The notes beneath the pieces were generated by a model that was given only the letters and a program-made list of their open reading frames with translations, did no database searches and was not told where the DNA came from. DNA of 64,000 nt, taken from Daphnia carinata (lineage: Eukaryota). Each line of letters begins with the position of its first letter. Positions within the stretch are counted from its first letter, which is position 1. The position numbers were made by a program, and so were the translations under genes. The stretch is from contig NC_081331.1 in assembly GCF_022539665.2 (NCBI RefSeq), positions 3,348,001-3,412,000 on the forward strand, given 5' to 3'. Shown piece after piece: positions 12,513 to 24,900 of the stretch.

Positions 12513-14430
12513 GGGAAAAAAATTTTAAGCCCAACAAAATAAGCCTGCCAAAATAAGCCCGATTTAAAAAAAAAATTTTTTTACACACAATAAGCAATAA
12601 TCTACACGATTTAGATGCAAATTTAACAAGGATCATGAAAATGAACTTAATTTTTACGTAAATTTACGATTTTTGAGTAATCTAAAGTATAAAGGTAGGT
12701 GCGCAATAACTATTATGATAACGCTCTATTGCCCTATAACTATTTTGATTGCGTATAATTCAATAACCTTATAGATTACGGGAAAACTAACGTGCTAGTT
12801 AGAATTGGCGTTCAATTTTGAGCCATACGTGTGTATTTTTTCGAATTCTGAGAGATGTCGCTTTTTGATGATTTTCGTAAAAATGAGAAGGCTATAGCCT
12901 TCTCATTTTTTCAATTTTCATCAAATTCTAGATTTCGTTAAAAATACAGTATTCCGATTCGAAATTAATCGCTGATCACGAAAATCGGGTATATTTTTAT
13001 ATTGGGCTTAAAGATTTTGAATTAATCTTAAAAAAACTAAAAGTCGGGTTTATTTTGTTGGGCTTATTTTGTCGGGCTTAAAATTTTATCCTATTAAAAA
13101 AGTAATAACATTAAACCTAGATAACTATACATGATTCCGACTCAAAATTTAACAAGGAACACGATAATAAAATTTGTTGTTAAGTAGAGTTTATAGTTTT
13201 TGAATACTCCAAGAAGTTCGATGTGTCACGCTAGCGCTGTAGCGAACTGGCGCGCTAGTAATGGTTTCGATTCGCACCCAATTATATATTTCAGATTGCT
13301 CAAAAACTATAAGCTCTACAGAAAAACAACTTCCATTTTCGTGTTCCTTGGTTAATTTTGAATCAAAAGCATGTATAGCTATCTCTATTTAACGATATTA
13401 TTTTTTAATAGGAAAAAATTTTTAGTCTGACAAAATATTCCCGTCCTTCTGTTATTTTTGTTATTTCAAAAACTATAAGGCCAATTAAAAAATAAAATTT
13501 ATATTCGTGATTAGCATTTCACTCTGCATCGAAATCATGCATTTTAAGCCAAATAATGAAATTTCACCAAAAATGAAAAAGTGAGAAGGCTATAGCCTTC
13601 TCACTTTTTCAATTTTCGTCAAATTCTAAATTTCCTTAAAAATACATTACTTTGGTTCGAAATTGATCGCTGATCACGAAAATCGGGTATATTTTTATAT
13701 TGGACTTAGAGATTTTGAATTAATCGTAAAAAACTAAAAGTCGGGCTTATTTTGTTGGGTTTATTTTGTCGGGCTTATTTTGTCGGGCTTAAAATTTTGT
13801 ACTATTAAAAAATTATATTATTGAATCTAGATAACTATATATGATTCTGATTCAAAATTTAACCAGGAACACGATAATAAAATTTGGTGTTACGTAGAGT
13901 TTATAGTTTTTGAATAATCAAAGAAGTCTGATGTGTCACGCTAGCGCTGTAGCGTACTGGCGCGCTAGTAATGGTTTCGATTCGTACCCAATTATGTATT
14001 TTAGATTGCTCAAAAATTATAAACTCTACAGAAAAATAACTTCCATTTTCCTGTTCCTTGGTTAATTTTGATTCAAAATCATGTATAGCTATCTCTATTT
14101 AATGATATTATTTTTTAATAGGAAAAAATTTTTAGCCCGACAAAATATTCCCGGCCTTCTGTTTTTTTTGTTTATTTCAAAACCTATAAGGCTAATTAAA
14201 AAATAAACTTTATATTCGTGATTAGCATTCCACTCTGCATCGAAATCATGCATTTTAAGCCAAATTTGAAATTTCACCAAAAATGAAAAAGTAAGAAGGC
14301 TATAGCCTTCTCACTTTTTCAATTTTCGTCAAATTCTAAATTTCATTAAAAATACATTATTGCGATTCGAAATCGATCACTGATCACGAAAATCGGTCTC
14401 GTTTTGATTTTGGGTTTATAGTTTTCAATC
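12513..14430. mobile_element. Tandem array of non-autonomous foldback/MITE-like (possibly Helentron/HINE-like) units: two full ~700-bp units (12895-13592, 13593-14302) plus partial flanking copies
   Basis: The junction palindrome GAGAAGGCTATAGCCTTCTC (one mismatch in the third copy) is centred at 12894/5, 13592/3 and 14302/3, giving periods of 698 and 710. Each unit has diverged inverted arms and a 14-bp subrepeat (cttattttgtcggg) that varies in copy number. There is no coding ORF. Confidence 0.8.
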
Positions 14431-15168
14431 GAGAATTAAAAAACGAATTCAAGACGATGCAGTTGATTCGGAAATAAAGCAACTCTTATTTGATTAGATT
14501 GTTTGATTAATGTATTCATCGTTTGACTTTTTGGTTTACATTATGTACAAATCAAGCCGCTATGTTTACTTCAACATAATTTATGCCCTTAAATGTAAGG
14601 AAACGGAATATTGTAATGTGCACGGCTATGCTGACGTCTCCGTGGGCCTTGGCACGACACGTAAGACACGCATTCAAATAGGCCAAAGAATCCTGGTCCT
14701 GTCTTGCCTTACGTAGAATGAAAAAGTTTATCTTTATAAGATCCTTGTTTAAATAGGATACAACAAAAGAGAATGGGAGAAAAAAAAACAAAGCATCTGA
14801 CTAGAAGGGAAAGTACAACATTCTAAAAAATAACTGTCAAATTGAACAACAGATCAAAAGCAGCAAAGGACATCAACTGTCAACCTATCTTCTTAATTCA
14901 CAATTAACTGAAGCGATACTCTACCACTGACTATCGAAAACCGAATTATTCTTGAAACATCCAAAGGAAAAATTTTCAAATAGACATTCTACTCTTGCAA
15001 AAATTCAAAATGCGTTCTATATACAAAAATAATAAGCTTTATGATTTCGCTTAGTAGATCGACATTGAATTTTGTGATATGTTCGCTCAAAATCGAAGAC
15101 ACCTTACAAATTCGCCCCACTTACAACACAAATGTACATTTCGTGAAGGTGATCCCCTTTACACCTTT

Positions 15169-18100
15169 TCATTTTCTGTTTAGCGCCCTCTCTCTACTGT
15201 TTTCTCTCGAATCTCTGACCGAAGAATTACTCGTCTGACTGATGCGATGAGGGGAGCCGTTAGCACGACGACGATTACGACGCATTTTAACCAAGTCTTC
15301 GCCAAATACATCGCCTGCCCTTAAAGCTGATATCAGGTCGTCAAATTCTCCTTTGTCGCCGTTGACGTGGCACCCGTTGGATCCCCCGTTCTGTCCATTT
15401 CCGATCGTTAGTCCTTTTGACACCCGACTAAGCATGGCTTCTTTGCTGGTTTTCCTATCAATCGTGCGTTTGCGAAGCTAAATCAAAGTAAAACGAATGA
15501 CAGATGTTCGTTGCTGTAGGGTAACAAAGACAATACCTCTGCTTCCTGCAAGAGACGTTTTTCTTCTTCGTCTTTACGTTTCTTGGCAGCTAAATTTTCT
15601 TGCCTGGCTTCGGCCATCGAATTCAGGAAAACGCCAAAGACTCCAAAGACTTCATCGGGTTGTGCGGTCGACGGATCATCTCCGAGAGTTCCAATCACTT
15701 TCTCAAACTAGTTCCAAAAGTGGCAACATGAGTTACTTATTACACATTCAAAGGTCGTTTCTGAAAATGTACCCTATTTTTCATGTCTTGAAATTTGTCT
15801 TCCAAGTCGGAGAAACGGCAAGTGGCGGACGCCATGAACTCTTTTACCGCGGGAACAAAACGGTCACCCGCTGTTGTGGGATGGCTTTGAGTGCGATGGT
15901 ATTCCAATTCCTTTTCAACTGCCTTCAAGCCGCTTCGGAGTTGGCTCATTTCTTTTTCCAGTTCAACCAAACTGAATTGGGAAATTTCAATTCAGAGTTA
16001 GTCCTTGCTAATAACATGAAAATTCAAAACGATTGTAAGCTCTCACCTGACTTTGGACGCTTCCTTCAGGTGTGGCAGATCTTCGTGTAACTTCAGCACA
16101 TCTTTAAACTGCAAATGAAAACAATGTCCCAAGTTGATGCCAATTCGTTTTATCATTTTGGACGTCAAATCAATATTTTACCTTGCTCTCCAGAATATCG
16201 ACGAGATAGTGTAACAAAGTCGTGTTCTTAGATGACTTGGTATCTGCCAACCTGTTAAGGCTGGAAATACGGAAACCGACAGCGTTGCCCCTTTGGCCAC
16301 GATTCATGTAATTGCCTAGAGCCAAGATGATCTCTAGCAATTTTTTGAGCTTTTTGCTGCGGGCCACTTCTTTCGACGCCTCCATGACGGCCACAATCTT
16401 AGGCTCCATCTCGCTGACGCTTTGGGCAAACTTCTTCTTGTAGAATAGCGTGTTCAAACGCTGCTCATAGTGACTAATCCTATAATCACAACAAAGTTCA
16501 ATTAGCAACTTCATTCGACAATCAATGGGAGGAAACAAAAAAAAAGCTTTAGCGACAGAACGTACTTTGAAACGTCATACAAGAAACGATCGGCACGCGA
16601 GAGAGAATCCAAATCACTACTGCGCTCGTCCAGCAGTGCTCGCTCTTCATTGGTAGGGATAAACTTCAGCAATTGTTCCACCATATCCATTGGTAATTCT
16701 TCTTTACTATCCATGCTCAGCAATGCTCTGTAAAAATGTTGACATGAAATAGCGAACGAGTAGGGAAAATTGTACAAGTAACTTACCGAATAATGTCCTC
16801 GTTCGACATTTTCAACTTGGACAGTAAAATTGTACAATTCTGAGCGCGACGACCATCGACTACCGACAGGTTCCTTTGCTTCATTTTACCAGTTGTGATC
16901 TGGCGCAAATCTTCTGTTGAGCCCTCATGCTACAAATTGGACAAACGATTATTACATCGATACTTGTATGAGTACACAAAAAATTTCTTACATTATTTAA
17001 GCCGTTCTTCTGATAAGCGGAGAACAATTTATCAAATTCTCCCAAGTCGATAACCTTATACAATTTGGCTTCATCCAATTCTGTCCAAATGGTGCCAGCG
17101 ACTTTCGTATCGGGAATTTTGGTCCAGTTGAAACACTTGAGAGGCACGGAGGAAGGCGGAACGTCTTTTTTAGCGACAGGTTTCGGTGGCTGAATGGCGC
17201 AGGGAAAGCCAGGTGGGGGCGGAGGTGGTGGACCACCAAGAGGAGGTGGCGGAGGAGGAGGAGGCATTTTCGAATTTTCGAAACCCTTGCTACCATTCAT
17301 GAAGTTAGCAAGGCCGGGTGGCGGGCTAAAGCTAAAGTCTTTGATTCCGTTTTTAGCATCGTCAGGAATGCTAGTCCCGGAGTGGTTGAGGATGTGTTCC
17401 AGTTTCATTTTATCTTGCTGGACCATCTGCAACTGCTGACCGAGTTCATTGAGATACGTTTCCATATCGGCAATCTTCTGTTTAGCCTCTAAATGGGCCA
17501 CAGTTTCACGTTCGAACTTTTCTTTCAACCGATTGAGCCCAGCTTCACTATCCTCCTGTAAAGCATTCATTCAACCACACAAGTATATTATCATTTCCTA
17601 CTTTTAAAATTCATTGAACATTAAATTTTACATACCTTTTCCTGAAGCCGAAGATCAAGTTCTTGTTCTTTGAGAGTCAACATGTTGACTAAATCACAAT
17701 TTTCTTTTTCAAATTCTTCAGCTTTGTTTTGAGCCGCTAGCAGTTCCTGTTCGGTCGCCAACCTGAAAATGAAAAAGATGAAATGTGAATTGAAAAGATT
17801 CATTCAATTCTTAGCCTGGTATAAAAAAAGAAAGACTCACAATTGAACAATTTCTTTCACATTTATTTCCAATGGGGCGCCATCAATGTCTTCACCCGTC
17901 TCTCCTTGTAGAACCAACTGTTGTACGATTCGATCAAACATGAGCCAGTGGTACGGATGTGATCCATAATCAACTGAAAAATGTACCCAAATATAAAGAT
18001 AAATTCCACTTGGTTCGTGTGGAAAATAAAGGAGGTCAATCAACTTACGCGGGAGAAGTAAGGCATGCTGGAGGAGTGAGAGGAAATGTGGGTAGGCCGG

Positions 18101-21100
18101 CGTATGAGTCAGTTTCTTTCTTAGACATTCGAACATGCTTGTCGCGCTCTTGGTGTCCACATGAACCTATTTGTTTAATATCGTAACAAAAATAGAAAGT
18201 CTTAAGATTCAGCTGACTGATTTTTAAGAACGTCATCTTGTGTGTGGATAGAAAGTTTTTACGATTCTTTTTTACCTCTTCATATCTTCGAGCCAACTCC
18301 CTTTCGTCCTCGGCACGGACCATGTCGAAAAAGTCTAAATGTCTGTCAAGGGTTTGATTTTCATGTGCTCTCAATTTATCAATGGCCGGCTGGATGCCAA
18401 GCATGAGCAGCTCGTAGCGCAAGTGCAACCGGAACTCGAGGTTGTCCTCGCCCGGCCCGTAATTGAGCAGCGCGTTCAAGAAAGACATAGTGGCCGTCTT
18501 GAGACCGACATCGTCCCGATAGGCACCAATACTCCGATCAAGATCGTTAACGATGGTCTGCGCTCAAATGTATGGTTCATGTAAAAAGATAAAAGCCCAA
18601 ATTAAGTTGAATTCCTCATTTTCACGCGTTTCATTCTTCCTAATAAACCGTTGCTAATCCCGGTTTATTTTGGCGTACCTGAAATCGTGTCCTCTCTCCA
18701 GCGTATTCCTGGAAGTGGAGCATGGCCTCGAGCACCTTGCGGTGGCCTCCCGGCACGAGGCAAACGGCACCGAGAATCTCTAGGACGGCCATTTTGACTT
18801 TGGGATTATCGGCCGACAAACTTTGCGAGATGATTTTTATGGATGACGGATGAGCCAATACGTGAGCTCTTCCCGTCTAACATTTTAAAAAAGAAAAAAA
18901 AAAGCCAAATTTAAATAAATAAATAAAACCCACAAAAGAGATGAAAATCAGGTAAGTAACAAAATAGAAAATCAAAGAGCCGATCGTACTGAATTATTCA
19001 TGAGTGCTTTGACGCATCCGATATATGCATTATGAAGGCCGCAATGGGCCGTAAGCTCGTCCATCGAGCCGAGGGCGCCCAACAGCGACGGCAATCCGTC
19101 CAGCTCGATGAAACGCTGGACGAACGAATGTGGCTGCGTCCGCAGCGCCGTCTTGAGACTGTCGACCAGTTTGGTGCGAATTCTCATTTCTTCAGCGTCA
19201 TCCTCGGAGAACGGCAACTAAACCGATCGCATAGAAATGTTAAAATGAGACACCAAAAAATAAAACAAAGCTAAATAAACGAAGAAATGAACTCAAAGCA
19301 AAAACGAAAAGATCAGCCTTTTTCTTTAAGGACGTCGTACATCACGCGTCGTCGTCAGTGGTGTCAATGTATTTTTAAACGCGCTCTTTTCTTTACCGTC
19401 AACACATACCTGGGCAATAGTGTTGACTTTGGCGATGTAGTGTTCCGGTGGATTAGAGACGTCAGACTCTTGACCAGGATCCTATTTTAAAACGTCGAAT
19501 TAGTAAAAACACGAAACTGAGCAAAAAAATATCCTATATCTACATTCATAAGGAAAACAAATTTTAAATGTATAAACAAATAAATGAGGCAATAGGAGCT
19601 CGAAGAAAGAGAGAAAGGTTTTAAGAAAAAAAAAATTCTTAAAATAGAAAACGATCTTCAGTGCGCTCGCGTGTCATCATTCACTTGTTTTGCCCGTTCA
19701 GTCGCAACAGGGAGTCCCTCCTTGGGTTCGTTGGCTCGCCGGCCAAATCAACAACAAAAAGGAAAGTTGGAAGGAAGAGAAAAAAAAACGAAAGAGAAAA
19801 CTTTTTAACCTCCCCCACCAATGTCAATGGAACTCGAGAAGAAAGTCACAGCACGCGACCATAACAACAAACTTTAAAGCTTTGGACATCTTCGAATTTT
19901 AAATTATCTATCAGTGAAAAACGACGCCTTTCGATTAACAGGGCGGAATAAAGAAGGAAATACCAAACTGCAATTTTCTAAAAGTAAATGAAGAAAAATA
20001 ATGGGAGGGAAGGTGAAGTGACTGGAACATGAAAATCATCGATGCAAGGAGAGGGAAAAAACTATTTCCTGGTTCCTTGTTGAACGACCGGGCGTGAAAA
20101 GTCACAATTTCAGATAGGGATTTTTAAAAAATGACTACCGGATGAAGAAGCGACTAAATTCTGTGAAAGTCTTAAAGAGGAGGAACAAGGATATCTTTGT
20201 GATCAAGGTGATGATGTCCTCATTACTATAAAATTTTCACCTTTTTCCGGTTGCAGTAGATTTGCCATTTCTTTTCCGCCGGCAGAGCCAACATTGCCGC
20301 CCGGTTGGGTGGAGTCAGATCCAATTCTTCCTACAAAATGGAGATAAAAAATTTAAAAAAAAAATGAAACAACAAAAGAAAAACACCAAACAAAACGACT
20401 GGTTTCCTGTTGGGGTGATTTGAACGGAAAAAAACACAACAATGGTTCGTCAGCCGTGATTTTCTAGCCATCGCACACGTTGCTCATAATAACAAGATCT
20501 CTTTTTTTTTTTTTTTTGTGCATTAAGTTCATCCTCAATTTGAGTATGAAACATCCGACCGCCAGCCGCGAGACGTGTAATTTTACCCAACCCAATTATT
20601 GCAAGCAATAATAAAACAAGTAACACGAGCGACGCATTGAATAAAACATGTAAAGAACGAAAAAGAATCAGTGGGCTGGCGGCGGCGGGAGTGTCCGGCA
20701 TGAATATGACCGAAAAAGAACATAAAAAAAAATAAAATGAAGAGAGCTGTACAACAAAACGATTGTGGCGGCACCTCATTCAAATGATGAAAAATGAGAA
20801 ATAAAAAAAACTAATCAAAATAATACAAAATTTTTCGCAAAAGGAAACGACGGAGAATAGTGAGGCGTATTTTTTTAAAACTCCTTTTCCTCCTTCTATT
20901 ATGGAAAAAAAAACTAGCGGCAATGTAACGGGGAATAAGACAAAGAAAAAGACAAAAATAAACGCAAAAAAAAAAAAAAAAAATAAATAAAAGAAGAAAA
21001 AGAAGAAATTAGCTAATGAAGGCTTCGTGTTACAAACGCCGAAAGAGGTAGGGCAAAAATGATCATATTTTCATATCATATACGAGAACACACACTGCAT

Positions 21101-21987
21101 CTTCGCAATGGCGCAAGTGAATGATTATGAAACCGGCCATCGATCATGATGTCCGATAGAAACCAAAAAGAAAAAGAAAGAAAAATAACAAGTTTTTGTT
21201 GAGAAATGCCATCTTTCTCCTTCACTTACCAGCAATTCCGTGAACTTGGCATCCAACTCCGACTCTTCCGGCATCGGTTGAGCTGGCGATAGCGTCTGCA
21301 GGTGCATCATGCCGTTCTGGTTGACTACACAGTAGGTGATTTCGGGCGGCTCATCTTTCTAATTATTTGAAAAGAAAACAAACAAAAAATGATTTTTTTT
21401 TTTAAATATCGTGAATGCGATAAATTAAAAACGGAGAGAAAGCGCTAATGTGAGAATATGGATTTAACTGAAAAACGAGAAAAATGAAAACAGGATGGCC
21501 GGATCCATCCATCACACGGCAGGATCAACAAAGGTTAAATGACGAGTAAATAATAGAGGAGACATACACATATTTCTGGTGGCCCGCCTACTGGGCTCCA
21601 ACACAACTCTTTACATGAACAGAACATACACATTGAAATGCATCACTCTTTGTCTGCATATTATTTCAAAGAACAAGAAAACTTTTCTGAAATACCTCTT
21701 TTTTTTTTTAAAAGGATAAAATTTCTTAAAAATGTAAAAAAAGAAAAGAAAAGGCAACGGTCAGTATAAACTACACGTAAAGAAGACGATAGTGTGATAG
21801 CACGCAATCGGCTTGTTTAGGTGTCGTCTGTTCGGAACTAGCAAATGGTACAGGTTGTACGGAGTACGTGCATATTTGTATATTAATAACTATAGGTGGG
21901 TAGACAGGTAAGCTGTTGTTTTGTATTACGTATGTAACTAACCTGGAAGCAGCCGCACCATCCTCGTCGGCTGCGGATGGGAGGCAT
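15169..21987 (-). CDS. DAAM: Dishevelled-associated activator of morphogenesis (DAAM formin), about 18 coding exons
   Basis: N-terminus [31 protein letters not shown]3 ([69 protein letters not shown]); polyproline FH1 (~17200-17265); FH2 ([33 protein letters not shown]); DAD ([16 protein letters not shown]). First exons are 21987-21943, 21358-21230, 20330-20241 and 19481-19410. Confidence 0.96.
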
Positions 21988-24900
21988 TTTGATGGCCGGC
22001 ACTTCAACTTTGACCCGTGAAAGGCCGAGACGCAGCCGGGAACCGATTAGGGACCAGTCGACGCGCGGCGGGCGCGGCACTCGCCGGCGCCAGTTGGCGC
22101 TCAAATCGGCCAATGACAAGTCTGGTCGCGACAGGCGGTTCAGGTGAAGCCGCGACGACACGGACGACACGACCTGTAAAAAAAAAATAAATAAAAAGAA
22201 ACATTTAACAAAGAACTAATTACATCGTCAGTGTCTTCCATCATAATAACATAATTACAATCAATAAAAATATTTAAATATGAAACGATGAAAGGATGAA
22301 TGAAGAAAATAAGGGGACGCAACATTATTTCTTGAGTCATGAGAGCGCCATCACCCATCATCATTCGTGAATTGAAAATAAACGCAGACGGGCTAAAAAA
22401 AAACATCCGGGCTACAACTCACGAAGCCAACACCGTAACGAAATGCAATGGACCCGACATTCCACGCCCCCCCTCCACCTCTTTTTTTTTTTACGAAAAA
22501 ATATATGTATCCAGAAAACATCCAGGACGGACATTTAGCGCTGACTTTAAGAACAGGGCGCGCGCGCGCGCACACACACACAAAAACGAGAACTTGTGTG
22601 TGGTATAACATTTCGACAGAAAAATTGATTTCACGGCGGACGGGCTTTTTTGTTTCGCATTTGGGAGGACAGCTCGAACGGACAGCAGAACTTAAATTGT
22701 ACAAAAACAGATTACAAGGAAAGAGATGGAAATCTTCTGTATTATTCACGTTGGAGAGGGGGCGGTTAAAAGATCACGAATCCTAAAGTGATTCAAGACA
22801 GAATGGGCACACGGACAAAAGAAACCCAACATTACACACAAGAAAAATGAGGGGGGGGGGCTATTAACAGCACGTCTTACACATTGCGTGAAATTTCTAC
22901 AAAATAAAGCGTTTCTAATGCGCCATTCGGACCACACTGCAATTTTGATCCACATTTCTGAAAAAGTAAAAAATGGCTCACTCGATTTCAAAAGTCGGAT
23001 AATTTTAATGGCAGGTGGCAATTCCAATTTGGCCTTTAGCGACGATGTGCGCATCTACGTTTTCTGTTATGTGCGTTTGTGAGGTTTCTAGACTTGTCGG
23101 TCATGTCAGACAGTGGATAACAAAAGGCCAGACGTACGATGGGGTATTCGAAAAATTCGTTCAAACTCGAAAAGAACAAAACAAAAGAAGAATGTCGCTT
23201 ATATTGCTACAGGGCAGAGCTGCAAAATGACGAGACCAACAAAAGAAATTACGAAAAGATTGTCGACATTTTTCTATATCTCGCTAGCCGAGTCGATTAG
23301 TCACGAGTGTTACCAATCGCAGACCAGTAGTACGTCGGGGCATAGTTGCAGCAACTCGAAGAATCAAACGGGACAAGGACAAATACACGGAGTAATGGCT
23401 ATTGAAGTTAAAAAAAAAACTAGACTCGGTGACCATAATACTGTCTGCGTGACACGAACAAGAAAAAAAAATGTATCAAAAAATTTAAACAAAAAAAAAA
23501 GGACTCGTTCAAACTGGGGAGCGACCATTGTCCCGATATTTCTGTTGTTCACGGTCAACCGTTAAAGAAAAACTGGAAACCATTTTGGGTCAAAGAGACA
23601 ACGCAGATGTCTGTTTTGTTATTATTTATTTTTATGAAGGGGAAAAAAAAGGAACGAAGGGGTTAGAAAGGAAAAAAGAACAAAAGCTGTGCCGGCGTGA
23701 CACAACCCCTTGAGAAGATAAAAACGGCAGACTTCCGGAAGCTCTGGGGAGCAACCCAAAACCAAAACACAGATGTTTTCTATAGGGTGGGGCTTCTAGA
23801 ACGCAAGTTCCATCAACTAAAAGGTATGGGCACGGCCGGGCATTAAAACCGTCTTATGTTTCCGTAATTAACATTTCCAAACGAAATTCAACGAAAACCA
23901 GGAAAGAAAACAAATTCTTTATCGACAAACAGCGAACTATTTTTTTTTTTTTTCAATTCCCTTCGTTTTTTTAAAATGAAATTCTGATAAAATTAGAAAG
24001 AGAACAAAAAAAAAATGAAGAGCGAAGCGAAGCGAGTGACTCTACGACTCTGGAACGTTTTTTCGTTAAAATTAGATCTTTTCAGTGTTGGGGGCGTTCG
24101 ACTGAAATGAAGATGGTTATGGCTGGGAAGGGGGAGGACGGATGCTCTCCAGCGCAAGATATTTTCCGGTTCAGCGTTCCAGCTTTCAGCCTATTTATTT
24201 TTATTCTTTCTTAAAACTTTGCATAGAAGTTTGATTTTTAGATGGAGAACGGCATTTTTTTTTCCTATTCGACTGCGTTTAACGTCCACGCCAAGTGACA
24301 AACTACGTCAATTTAAGTTGGATATTTCTTTTTGCGCAACAAGTAACACATAAAAAAAATGTTTAAATAGCGAAAAATAATAAAAAAAGGAAACGACGAC
24401 TGTAAGAGCGGCGACTAAACGGCAGATGTATCGCACGAAAAACGCTATTCAATTCCTCAATGTCTTTTCCCTTCTTTCGAAGAGTCAATGGAAAAACAAA
24501 AAATGAAACATTGACCATAAGGACCCCGGTACAGCAGGCAGTCTTGGCCAGCACGGGCTCATCTCTTAGCGGCGCCGATCAAAAAGACACACTTTCTTCC
24601 ATCACGTCACTCGGCAGAAAACACATCGAAGCAACAAACAAAAACCTGTCAAAGCGCTTCCGGTTTCGACTTGAAACTCCGCCCATCTAGTTGCCCTGAT
24701 TGACGGCCGCCTTCCTACGACATCCACCTCGGTCGACGCAAATCGAAATTCCACATCCCGCCCCTCTTTTTTTTTCTCCTTCCAATCCCCCCCCCCTTTC
24801 TACTGGAACACGCGTAACAAAAACAACTCGGCTTCCAGAAACACGTACACAAGTCTCTTTTAAAGCTGTGCCCAAAAGCAAAACAACATTCGTGATCGCT

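Noticed and set aside
12879..14320. Regularly spaced palindromes as a CRISPR-like array
   Set aside because: The intervening ~670-bp segments are near-identical repeats rather than unique spacers, the context is eukaryotic, and there are no cas genes.
15497..16090. 197-aa plus-strand ORF
   Set aside because: It is antisense to DAAM FH2 exons and crosses their introns; it has no protein-like motifs.
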